A stretch of DNA of 64,000 bases from Lachnospiraceae bacterium. GTDB lineage: Bacteria > Bacillota > Clostridia > Lachnospirales > Lachnospiraceae. Numbering within the stretch: the first letter of the stretch is position 1; each line of letters opens with the position of its first letter. Below, one piece after another: positions 38,836 through 47,533 of this stretch. The notes beneath the pieces were generated by a model that was not told the origin of the DNA, did not search any database, and saw nothing but the letters and a program-made list of their open reading frames with translations. The DNA lies in contig JAQXTA010000011.1 in the NCBI GenBank assembly GCA_029219245.1, positions 7,977 to 71,976 of the forward strand, given 5' to 3'. Both the position numbers and the translations under genes were made by a program.

Positions 38836-39369
38836 ATGGACTTTTCAAAATTGGACAAAAGTATTTCGGGCGTGGTAAAAGAACAACAGATTAAGTTAGG
38901 ATACCGCAGGGAAAAGGTACGTTTATACTATCCACTTTCATCCTTAAACCGCCTGCTTGGAAAGACATGCTCCGTAGAACAGATGCAGGAATGCCTTCAG
39001 GAATATGCGGCATCGGTGGCAGACCAATACGGCACTGTTACCATTTCCCATGAAAAGGACCGATTCTGCATCATCATACCGGAACAGGGCAGCGAGTACA
39101 TTCATGCAGATATGAAGGAAGATGAATTTCTGGTGGAATTTATTGATACCATTCGCCGACATGGATGTACGCTTAATGAGGTGCTTGCTGTGTTCCGAAA
39201 ATATTCCGGGCATGTCCATGTGGAGAAAATGAAGAACAGCGAATTTGATTATCTTGTTTATTTTGAAGACGGAGAGCCGGAGGATTTTCTTTATTGCCTA
39301 GGCTTGGAAGGGGAGCATATTATTTATCACCGTTTTACCCCGGAGGATTATGAGGAATTCCTGCAATAG
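38836..39369 (+). CDS. DUF3877 family protein, cargo of the element
   Basis: KEQQIKLGYRREKVRLYYPLSSLN...EFDYLVYFEDG...YHRFTPEDY. Confidence 0.75.
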   Translation: MDFSKLDKSISGVVKEQQIKLGYRREKVRLYYPLSSLNRLLGKTCSVEQMQECLQEYAASVADQYGTVTISHEKDRFCIIIPEQGSEYIHADMKEDEFLVEFIDTIRRHGCTLNEVLAVFRKYSGHVHVEKMKNSEFDYLVYFEDGEPEDFLYCLGLEGEHIIYHRFTPEDYEEFLQ

Positions 39370-39410
39370 CAGGGAGGAGAAAACGTGTAGGGTGTTTCCG
39401 TATGGCTTCT

Positions 39411-39436
39411 GGGTGCAGGAAACATCAGAACTCTAC
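39411..39436. repeat. Right att junction (14-bp arm GGGTGCAGGAAACA at 39411-39424 + TCTAC core)
   Basis: Exact inverted copy of 36359-36372, 10 bp from the AC dinucleotide as on the left side. Confidence 0.88.
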
Positions 39437-40015
39437 CGTAAAATCACCCTGACCGCCGGAAAAAGCAGCTGCAGTGGAGCCGAAATCAATGCTCTGATCG
39501 ATGGAAAGGTCAGTAGCAGGATCAATGCCGTTCTTTTTCAGAATGTATTCAAATACCATTTCCGGCATGCCACCAGCTCTGCCTCCCAAGACATTTTTAC
39601 CGACTAACATATTCCAGTCAAAGTCTTCGATTGGTTCTCTTGCAACCAGAAAATTACCTGCCCGTTGTGTCAACTGGGCAAAGTTTACCGCGTAATCTGC
39701 GGAACCCCCATTGTAAGTATAAATTGTACTTTCACTTCCCATGAAACCGATATCTGCCTCATCGGTCAAAAGAGCAGTCATGGTTTTATCGGCACCAAAA
39801 CCGGTTACCAAAGTCAAGTCGATTCCTTCTTTTGTAAAATACCCTTCTTCTATTGCGACATATAAAGGCGCATAAAAAATCGAATGGGCAACTTCGTTGA
39901 GCGTAACCGGTGTATTCTGTCCGGCGGCGGTATCCTCCGTTTTGCTGCCGCATCCTGACAGCAGGGAAATGACACATAAAGATGAGAGAAGTAATGCTAT
40001 AAATTTCTTTTTCAT
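39425..40015 (-). CDS. 5' half of the interrupted YtlA-like (NMT1/THI5/SsuA-type) ABC substrate-binding lipoprotein gene
   Basis: RBS AGGAGG, lipobox LSGC, EVAHSIFYAPLYVA..GYF..EG, FAQLTQRAG, GGMPEM; ends abruptly at GQGDFTVEF* inside the att site. Confidence 0.92.
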   Translation of the reverse strand: MKKKFIALLLSSLCVISLLSGCGSKTEDTAAGQNTPVTLNEVAHSIFYAPLYVAIEEGYFTKEGIDLTLVTGFGADKTMTALLTDEADIGFMGSESTIYTYNGGSADYAVNFAQLTQRAGNFLVAREPIEDFDWNMLVGKNVLGGRAGGMPEMVFEYILKKNGIDPATDLSIDQSIDFGSTAAAFSGGQGDFTVEF

Positions 40016-40064
40016 AGACCTCCTGTTTCTGTAAAAACAGATTTCAAAAGAACACATTTAATTT

Positions 40065-40092
40065 ATTATATAGCAACGGAAGAAAAAAGGTT
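40065..40092 (-). promoter_or_regulatory. Possible sigma-K-type promoter of the split gene
   Basis: AACC-16 nt-TATATAAT versus SigK consensus mACm-16-CATAnnnT. Confidence 0.35.
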
Positions 40093-40195
40093 CCTATAAA
40101 AAGGTCTTTTCCAAAACCGGTGGCTATGATATAACAGAATAGGTCGCTTATCAGAGTATTTCGACGGATTTTTGAAAAATGAGGGAGTTATTGTC

Positions 40196-41056
40196 ATGTG
40201 GATGTGGTTGGTGCTTCTTTATGGAGTATTCAAAGGTTTGCGGGAAATAGTAAAAAAGAAGGCTTTAGAGAAGAACTCTACCATGGAGGTATTGTTTCTG
40301 TATACATTTATTGCGTTTCTGATGGTAGTGCCGGATGTTAAAAATGCGATGGGACTTGCGCCGAAATATTATTTTTATATTGCCATTAAGTCTTTTGTTA
40401 TTTTTCTGGCATGGATATTCAGTTTCAAGGCAATCAAAAAAATGCCTATCAGCTTGTACGGGGTACTGGATTTGTCCCGTGTTCTCTTTGCTACTTTGCT
40501 GGGAGTCGTTGTCTTGCAGGAAGTATTAGGAATGTATCAGATGATTGGGTTGGCTTTGGTATCTCTCGGACTTCTGATGTTAAAATACAAACCAAAGGCA
40601 CTGGCAAAGCAGCTTGCAGAAGGTGGGGAACAGGTGGAAGTGAAGCTTATTGTTATGGCATTTGCTTCCTGTATTTTAAATGCGGTTTCCGGGCTGATGG
40701 ATAAATTGCTTATGAGGGATATCAACAGCTCCCAGCTTCAGTTCTGGTACATGCTATTTCTGGTGCTTATGTATCTGATTTTTATTCTGGTAACAAGGAC
40801 CCCCATTCATGTGGGAAGTCTTTTGAAAAATTATTGGATATGGATTCTGAGCATCTTATTTGTGATTGCGGACAGGGCACTTTTCATCGCAAACGGGATG
40901 GAAGGCAGTCGGATTACGGTAATGACCTTAATTAAACAGTCCGGCTGCATCGTAACCATTCTTGCGGGAAGGTTTTTATTTCATGAAAAGAATACGGGCT
41001 ATAAGTTTGTCTGCGCTGCGGTTATCATAGTCGGAATTGTGATGGGAGTTATGTAA
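40196..41056 (+). CDS. EamA/DMT family transporter
   Basis: About 10 TM helices in two repeats. Confidence 0.8.
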   Translation: MWMWLVLLYGVFKGLREIVKKKALEKNSTMEVLFLYTFIAFLMVVPDVKNAMGLAPKYYFYIAIKSFVIFLAWIFSFKAIKKMPISLYGVLDLSRVLFATLLGVVVLQEVLGMYQMIGLALVSLGLLMLKYKPKALAKQLAEGGEQVEVKLIVMAFASCILNAVSGLMDKLLMRDINSSQLQFWYMLFLVLMYLIFILVTRTPIHVGSLLKNYWIWILSILFVIADRALFIANGMEGSRITVMTLIKQSGCIVTILAGRFLFHEKNTGYKFVCAAVIIVGIVMGVM

Positions 41057-41179
41057 GGGCATATGCCCTGTAAAATAGCTTGTGTGTGCTATCGGATTTA
41101 TGGTATACTAAACGAGTATATTTCATTATGATTTGTAGTAATAAAGAGAATAAATAGCAAAGAAAGGTTGGGTGTGTCA

Positions 41180-42166
41180 ATGGGCTTTTTTTCCAATCAG
41201 TTTTCCAACGTAATCGAGTGGAATGAAACGAAAGAAGGAGTTCTGTTTTATAAGTGGCAGAATCAGGAGATTAAGAAAGGTTCCAAATTAATTATCCGTC
41301 CGGGACAGGATGCGACTTTCCTATATAACGGTGCGGTAGAAGGCGTTTTTGAGCAGGAAGGAAGCTACGATATCGAATCCGATATTATTCCGTTTTTAAC
41401 AACATTGAAAAGCTTCCGGTTTGGTTTTAATACACCGCTTCGTGCGGAAGTCCTTTTCATCAATACGAAAGAAATTCTGGTAAAGTGGGGAACGAAAAAT
41501 GCAATCAATCTTCCGGCAGCAGGATTGCCGGGTGGCATGCCGATTCGTGCCTTTGGTACCTTTAACTGCAAAATTGTAGAGCACGATGTTGTGATTGAAA
41601 AGCTGGCAGGTATTCGTCAGACCTATACGGTAGATGATGTAAAAGAACGTATTGTGGCAAGCTTAGATCAGCTTCTGATGAGCTGGATCAGTAAAGAAGG
41701 AAGGGATATGTTTAACCTTCAGGCTGATGCAAGAAATATTGCCAAAGGTATTGAATCGGACCTGGATACGGATATGCGCAAGATTGGTATCGGCATAACT
41801 GACTTTACCATTGAGAGCTTCTCTTATCCGGAAGAAATCAAGAAAATGCAGGAGAAAGCAGCCGCACAGTCCATGGTCGGGGATATCAATAAGTATACAC
41901 AGATTGCGGCAGCAGACGGCATGGGAAAAGGCAGTGCAGGTGGTGGTCTGGCATCGGATATGGTAAATCTCCAGATGGGCATGGCAATCGGACAGCAGAT
42001 GGTAAACCAGATGAATGGCAACCAGAATCAGGCGAGCCAACCGGCACCGATGAATCAGCCAAATCAGGGGGCAGGAACCGGCGTGGCACCGAAATTCTGT
42101 CCAAACTGCGGTACGCCGACAAACGGAATGAAGTTCTGCGGCAACTGCGGAAACCAGTTATATTAA
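41180..42166 (+). CDS. SPFH-domain (YdjI-like) protein with C-terminal zinc ribbon
   Basis: NVIEW..EIKKGSKLIIRPGQ, KWGT; KFCPNCG..KFCGNCG. Confidence 0.85.
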   Translation: MGFFSNQFSNVIEWNETKEGVLFYKWQNQEIKKGSKLIIRPGQDATFLYNGAVEGVFEQEGSYDIESDIIPFLTTLKSFRFGFNTPLRAEVLFINTKEILVKWGTKNAINLPAAGLPGGMPIRAFGTFNCKIVEHDVVIEKLAGIRQTYTVDDVKERIVASLDQLLMSWISKEGRDMFNLQADARNIAKGIESDLDTDMRKIGIGITDFTIESFSYPEEIKKMQEKAAAQSMVGDINKYTQIAAADGMGKGSAGGGLASDMVNLQMGMAIGQQMVNQMNGNQNQASQPAPMNQPNQGAGTGVAPKFCPNCGTPTNGMKFCGNCGNQLY

Positions 42167-42219
42167 GTGAGCGATTTGCTACATAAAGGAAGTGTCTCAC
42201 AAGAAGGAAATTATGTTAC

Positions 42220-44694
42220 ATGAGCATTTATGATACTTTAAACGAACAACAGAAGAAAGCGGTTTTTACGACTGGCGGACCGGTACTTGTTCTCGCAGGT
42301 GCCGGTTCCGGCAAAACAAGGGCACTGACACACCGTATTGCTTATCTGATGGAGGAAGAGGGAGTTGCGCCTTATAATATCATGGCGATTACTTTTACCA
42401 ACAAGGCGGCGGGCGAAATGCGGGAACGTGTCAACCAGCTGATTGGCTTCGGTGCAGACCAGGTGTGGGTATCGACCTTCCATTCTACCTGTGTTCGTAT
42501 TTTGCGCAGATATATAGACAGACTTGGGTTTGATAATAATTTTACCATCTATGACACAGACGACCAGAAGGGGATTATGAAGGAAGTCTGCAAGAAGCTC
42601 GAGATAGATATTAAGATGTTAAAAGAACGTACTATCATGGCGGCTGTTTCTTCTGCAAAGGATGAACTGATTTCTCCGATGGAATATGAAATGCAGAATA
42701 TCGGAGATTATAACGGCAGCAGAATTGCCAAGGCCTATAAGGAATACCAGGCGGCACTTCGCAAAAATAATGCCCTTGATTTCGATGATTTGATTGTTAA
42801 AACGGTAGAATTGTTTAAGAATAATCCGGACGTATTGGAATCCTATCAGGACAGATTCCGATATATTATGGTAGACGAATATCAGGATACCAATACGGCA
42901 CAGTTTGAATTAGTCAGACTTTTGGCAGCTAAATACCGGAACCTTTGTGTGGTCGGTGATGATGACCAGTCTATTTACAAATTCCGCGGTGCCAATATCC
43001 GGAATATTTTAGATTTTGAAAAAGTATACCCTGAGGCCTGCGTGATTAAATTAGAACAGAATTACCGTTCTACCCAGAACGTTCTGGATGCGGCAAATGC
43101 GGTAATTAAGAATAATGTGGGGCGTAAGGATAAAGCTCTCTGGACGGAGAAAAAAGACGGCAGCCTGATTCATTTCAAGCAGTTTGATACCGCTTTTGAT
43201 GAAGCCGAATATATTGCCGATGATGTTCGGGGCAAAAACCGGGAAGCCATTGTCGAATATGGTAATTGTGCGGTTTTATACCGTACCAATGCTCAGGCAC
43301 GTTTGTTGGAAGAACGTTTTATCATGAAGGGAATTCCCTATAACGTGGTAGGTGGCACTAACTTTTACTCCCGAAAAGAAATCAAGGATATTCTGGCCTA
43401 TTTAAAAACCATCGATAACGGCAGGGATGATGTGGCAGTAAAGCGAATCATCAATGTACCCAAAAGAGGAATCGGCGCCACAACTATCGTGCGAGTGCAG
43501 GAGTATGCGGATAGCCGGAATATCAGCTTTTATGATGCCTTACGGGAAGCAGACCAGATTATGACGATTGGCAAAAGTGCTTCCAAACTCAAACCCTTTG
43601 TAACGATGATACAGGCTTTCCGGAGCAAACTGGAATTCTACAATCTGGAAGACCTGGTAAAAGATGTGTTGGAAACGACGGGCTATATCCGGGAACTGGA
43701 AGCCTCTAACGATGAGGATGCCGAAGACCGGATTGAAAATATCGATGAATTGATTAGCAAAGTGGTTTCTTACGATGAAAGCCATGAGGAAACCAATTTA
43801 AGTGAATTTTTGGAAGAAGTAGCGTTGGTGGCAGATATTGATAATGTGTCAGAGGACAACAACAAGGTATTGCTGATGACCTTACACAGTGCAAAAGGTC
43901 TGGAGTTCTCCCATGTATACCTTGCCGGACTCGAGGACGGTATTTTTCCAAGTTATATGACGATTACGGCAGATGACCCACTGGAAATCGAAGAAGAAAG
44001 ACGACTGGCTTATGTGGGAATCACGAGAGCCAAAGACGATTTGACGATTACCTGTGCCAGACAGCGTATGCTTCGCGGCGAAACACAATACAATCCGGTC
44101 AGCCGTTTTGTGAAAGAGATTCCGCCGCTTCTGTTAGACCATAAGCTGCCGGAGCCGAAGCATAGAGATTTTGATGATTATGAAGATGACTCTTATGAAC
44201 GCAGCTTTTTTAAGGCGAAGCCGTTTGGTATGGGCGGGGCAGCAGACAACGATTACCGCAGGAATATGACGGGAAGTTATCAGGGACTTGGACAGGCAAC
44301 TGCGAACAAGGATACCGGTTATAGCAGAAATACAACGGGCACATATAAGCGACAGTTCGGGAAAGATGCCGATACGATTTTTGATAAGCCAAAGGCAGCA
44401 GTACCAAAGGTGTCTGTCAAACCGAAAGCAATTGTCAAACCGAAAAGGACAGCCTATGAAGACCAGCCCTATATTACAAGAACAACCACGCAGATGGCAG
44501 AGCAGAGTGCCAAAGCTGCCGGTGGCGGTTCTCTTGGTTATGAACAGGGCGACAGAGTCAGACATTTAAAATACGGTGAAGGAACGGTTATGAAAATCGA
44601 GCCGGGAGCAAGAGATTATCAGGTGACCGTTGTGTTTGACGAAGTCGGTCAGAAAATTATGTACGCGGGATTTGCCAAGCTACGGAAAGTCTGA
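42220..44694 (+). CDS. pcrA: ATP-dependent DNA helicase PcrA
   Basis: AGAGSGKT, VDEYQDTN, VGDDDQSIY, LEQNYRS, TLHSAKGLEF, EERRLAYVGITRA, Tudor-like C-terminus. Confidence 0.97.
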   Translation: MSIYDTLNEQQKKAVFTTGGPVLVLAGAGSGKTRALTHRIAYLMEEEGVAPYNIMAITFTNKAAGEMRERVNQLIGFGADQVWVSTFHSTCVRILRRYIDRLGFDNNFTIYDTDDQKGIMKEVCKKLEIDIKMLKERTIMAAVSSAKDELISPMEYEMQNIGDYNGSRIAKAYKEYQAALRKNNALDFDDLIVKTVELFKNNPDVLESYQDRFRYIMVDEYQDTNTAQFELVRLLAAKYRNLCVVGDDDQSIYKFRGANIRNILDFEKVYPEACVIKLEQNYRSTQNVLDAANAVIKNNVGRKDKALWTEKKDGSLIHFKQFDTAFDEAEYIADDVRGKNREAIVEYGNCAVLYRTNAQARLLEERFIMKGIPYNVVGGTNFYSRKEIKDILAYLKTIDNGRDDVAVKRIINVPKRGIGATTIVRVQEYADSRNISFYDALREADQIMTIGKSASKLKPFVTMIQAFRSKLEFYNLEDLVKDVLETTGYIRELEASNDEDAEDRIENIDELISKVVSYDESHEETNLSEFLEEVALVADIDNVSEDNNKVLLMTLHSAKGLEFSHVYLAGLEDGIFPSYMTITADDPLEIEEERRLAYVGITRAKDDLTITCARQRMLRGETQYNPVSRFVKEIPPLLLDHKLPEPKHRDFDDYEDDSYERSFFKAKPFGMGGAADNDYRRNMTGSYQGLGQATANKDTGYSRNTTGTYKRQFGKDADTIFDKPKAAVPKVSVKPKAIVKPKRTAYEDQPYITRTTTQMAEQSAKAAGGGSLGYEQGDRVRHLKYGEGTVMKIEPGARDYQVTVVFDEVGQKIMYAGFAKLRKV

Positions 44695-44848
44695 TCGGTA
44701 CGATGCAGTTTTGGGTTTCAAAACAGATATTTGCAGATAGCTATTTTTTATAAAAATATTATAGTAAAATGTTTGAATAAGTGGTATATTATATAAATAG
44801 GGTACGAAAGAAAATCATATTCAAAAATGGGAAAGAGAGGTTTGGGTT

Positions 44849-45166
44849 ATGTGCAGAACAGATATCAGAGAGATTAAAGATGAAGTTATAAATAAATTGG
44901 ATGAAGTATTGGATAATACAAGAGTTAGCGCGATTCTTGGCATGAAGAAAGAAGAGGAGAAGAAGAAAAATACCATCTTATGGGTGTTTGCCATTATCGG
45001 TGCAATCGCAGCCGTAGCGGGAATCGCATATGCAGTTTATCGTTATCTGACACCGGATTATCTGGAAGATTTTGAAGACAACTTCGATGATGATTTTGAT
45101 GATGATTTCTTCGAGGATGAAGAAGAGGGTGAATTGTCGGATGATTCTGCAGATGATGCAGAGTAG
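44849..45166 (+). CDS. Small membrane protein with acidic tail
   Basis: Single TM followed by PDYLEDFEDNFDDDF. Confidence 0.75.
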   Translation: MCRTDIREIKDEVINKLDEVLDNTRVSAILGMKKEEEKKKNTILWVFAIIGAIAAVAGIAYAVYRYLTPDYLEDFEDNFDDDFDDDFFEDEEEGELSDDSADDAE

Positions 45167-45232
45167 TAAGTCGGAAAAATAGCAGTGACATCTTAGGCAA
45201 ATCGAAAATGAATGAGAAACGAAGCAGAGCAG

Positions 45233-45267
45233 AAGCGGGATGTACGAAGTGCATCCTGCTTTTTTTC
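45233..45267 (+). terminator. Intrinsic terminator
   Basis: aagcgggatgtac-gaa-gtgcatcctgctt followed by a T-run. Confidence 0.7.
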
Positions 45268-45349
45268 ACAAGGCAGAATCGGTAATACTGTCTGCGATTT
45301 CGGAAATAGACAGAATTCGTCTGCGTGAACGCTTTGGAATGGAGAGAAT

Positions 45350-47089
45350 ATGAAAAAAGGACAAGTGATTGAAGGAAAAGTAAGTCGTGTTGACTTTCCG
45401 AATAAAGGAATCGTAGAAACCGAAGAAGGTGTCTGCGTTGTAAAAAATGCACTGCCAGGACAGAAAGTAAAATGCTCTGTCAATAAGGTGCGAAAAGGAA
45501 AAGCCGAAGGAAGGCTGCTTGAAGTGACAGAAGCTTCTCCGTTGGAAATAGAGTGTCCCTGTCCGCATTTCGGCATCTGTGGCGGCTGTACTTATCTTTC
45601 CCTGCCTTACGAAGAACAACTGAAAATCAAAGAAGCACAGGTTAAGAAACTGTTGGATTCCGTACTTATCAAACAAGGAGACTATCTGTTTGAAGGCATT
45701 AAGGCGAGCCCGGTATGCTTCGGATATCGTAACAAGATGGAGTTTTCCTTTGGGGATGAAATCAAGGACGGACCACTGTCGCTCGGTATGCATAAACGCG
45801 GCAGCTTTTATGATGTGATATCCGTTACGGATTGTCAGATTGTGGACGAGGACTATCGAAAGATTCTGCGCTGTGTCCGGGAGTATTTTACCGCATTGCA
45901 GGAACAGGGTATTGATGTGAAATTTTATCACAGACTGCGTCATGTTGGCTATCTGCGCCATTTGTTAGTACGAAAAGCCGCAAAAACGGGAGAAATTCTG
46001 ATTGCACTGATTACCACAACACAGTTGCCGGAGAAAGTTGCAGCGGGACAGTGTGCAGAAGCAGATAAAGAGCTGGAAACACAGATTTTAGATGGACTGA
46101 GACAGAAACTGCTGCAATTGCCTCTGGATGGAAAAATCGTAGGAATATTGCATACAAAAAACGATGCGGTTGCAGATGTGGTGCAGAGTGATGAAACTGA
46201 TATTCTATACGGACAGGACTTTTTCTATGAAGAATTATTGGGCTTAAAATTTAAGATTTCCCAGTTCTCTTTCTTTCAGACAAACAGCCGCGGTGCGGAG
46301 GTATTGTACCAGACAGCAAGAGATTATATTTCCGGGTACATCCAGTCTGATGAGAAAGAAAAAGAGGGACAGACTTCGGATAAGGTTGTTTTCGATTTAT
46401 ACAGTGGAACCGGAACGATTGCTCAGTTGATGGCGCCGGTTGCCAAAAAGGTTATCGGAGTGGAAATCGTAGAAGAAGCAGTGGAAGCAGCCAGAAAAAA
46501 TGCAGAACTGAACGGTTTACATAACTGCGAATTTGTTGCAGGTGATGTACTGAAGGTTCTGGATACGATAGAAGAAAAACCGGATATTATTATTCTGGAC
46601 CCGCCACGAGACGGGATTCATCCGAAGGCACTGGACAAGATTATTCGTTATGGGGTAGACCATATCCTGTATATTTCCTGTAAGCCGACCAGCTTGGCAA
46701 GGGATATTGAGGTGTTCTTAGAGCGTGGGTATCAGGTAGAGAGGGCGGTGGCCGTTGACCAGTTCCCTTGGACGGCGAATATTGAAACGGTTGTCCTTTT
46801 GTCCAAACTAAAATCCAGTAAGAAGATAGAAGTAGATTTAGATATATCTGAACTTGATTTGACAAAAGCAGAAGCAAAAGCCACATATGAAGAAATTAGG
46901 CAGTATATAATTGATAAGTATGGTCTTAAAGTAAATAATCTCTATATAGCACAAGTAAAAAGGGAATATGGATTAATAGAAAGAATCAATTATAATATTG
47001 GTTCTGGAAAAAATCATGTTCCACAAGTGACACCCGAAAAGCGTGAAGCGATTATAGATGCACTAAAATATTTCCAGATGATAGAATAA
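45350..47089 (+). CDS. rlmD: 23S rRNA (uracil-5)-methyltransferase RlmD/RumA with AT-rich C-terminal extension
   Basis: TRAM domain, CPHFGICGGC, SFFQTN, DLYSGTG, LDPPR, YISC, DQFPWT. Confidence 0.93.
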   Translation: MKKGQVIEGKVSRVDFPNKGIVETEEGVCVVKNALPGQKVKCSVNKVRKGKAEGRLLEVTEASPLEIECPCPHFGICGGCTYLSLPYEEQLKIKEAQVKKLLDSVLIKQGDYLFEGIKASPVCFGYRNKMEFSFGDEIKDGPLSLGMHKRGSFYDVISVTDCQIVDEDYRKILRCVREYFTALQEQGIDVKFYHRLRHVGYLRHLLVRKAAKTGEILIALITTTQLPEKVAAGQCAEADKELETQILDGLRQKLLQLPLDGKIVGILHTKNDAVADVVQSDETDILYGQDFFYEELLGLKFKISQFSFFQTNSRGAEVLYQTARDYISGYIQSDEKEKEGQTSDKVVFDLYSGTGTIAQLMAPVAKKVIGVEIVEEAVEAARKNAELNGLHNCEFVAGDVLKVLDTIEEKPDIIILDPPRDGIHPKALDKIIRYGVDHILYISCKPTSLARDIEVFLERGYQVERAVAVDQFPWTANIETVVLLSKLKSSKKIEVDLDISELDLTKAEAKATYEEIRQYIIDKYGLKVNNLYIAQVKREYGLIERINYNIGSGKNHVPQVTPEKREAIIDALKYFQMIE

Positions 47090-47154
47090 CAAATTAGCAG
47101 GGCGATTGCCCTGCTATCGTAAGCGTCAAATCGCTCGCCTTGGATAATTAGCAT

Positions 47155-47379
47155 GATGTCATTAAAAATTGGTTAAGAAGTCGTGAAACGTTGGAATTTT
47201 TAGGCTTGTGGGAAAGATTACATAATCCAGATTTTAAACAGGTCGAATTCGACCTGTTTAGAAGTCAAGCAGGATTGAATGCATTTACGATGTCGCCTCA
47301 AAAATGGATAGAGGGTGTTGGCGCAATCGGTATGATATCAAAAGCAGGAAGATATGGGGCATATTTTGCGCGGAAATGA
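47155..47379 (+). pseudogene. KilA-N domain gene fragment
   Basis: DVIKNWLRSRETLEFLGLWERLHNPDFK.VEFD.FR..AGLNAFTMSPQKWI...SKAGRYG; truncated at both ends. Confidence 0.75.
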
Positions 47380-47453
47380 GTCGGGTGCGGAAAAATAGGA
47401 TTCGATTTGTTTTACGTTGGATAATCAAGACTGAAACTAAAGGTAACCGACAG

Positions 47454-47481
47454 TTGACAATCCTCCATAATCTGCTATACT
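47454..47481 (+). promoter_or_regulatory. Sigma-A promoter of bioB
   Basis: TTGACA-16 nt-TATACT with extended TGn. Confidence 0.7.
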
Positions 47482-47514
47482 ATTGTAAACTTTAAAAACA
47501 ACATGGTTAACAAT
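47482..47514. promoter_or_regulatory. BirA operator
   Basis: aTTGTAAAC-15 nt-GTTAACAAt between the promoter and bioB. Confidence 0.85.
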
Positions 47515-47533
47515 AGAGAAAACGGAGGAAAAC

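Larger units (their letters stand above)
36349..39436. mobile_element. 3,088-bp serine-recombinase gene-intervening (skin-like) element
   Basis: Direct core TCTAC at 36344-36348 and 39432-39436; encodes a large serine recombinase; removal fuses the two gene halves in frame. Confidence 0.9.

Noticed and set aside
36349-39436. Prophage, ICE or IS interpretation of the element
   Set aside because: No structural, replication, relaxase or transposase genes; the inverted repeats are att arms around a crossover, not IS ends.
45267-45328. Possible structured RNA upstream of rlmD
   Set aside because: Only short imperfect stems and no recognisable RNA family motif.
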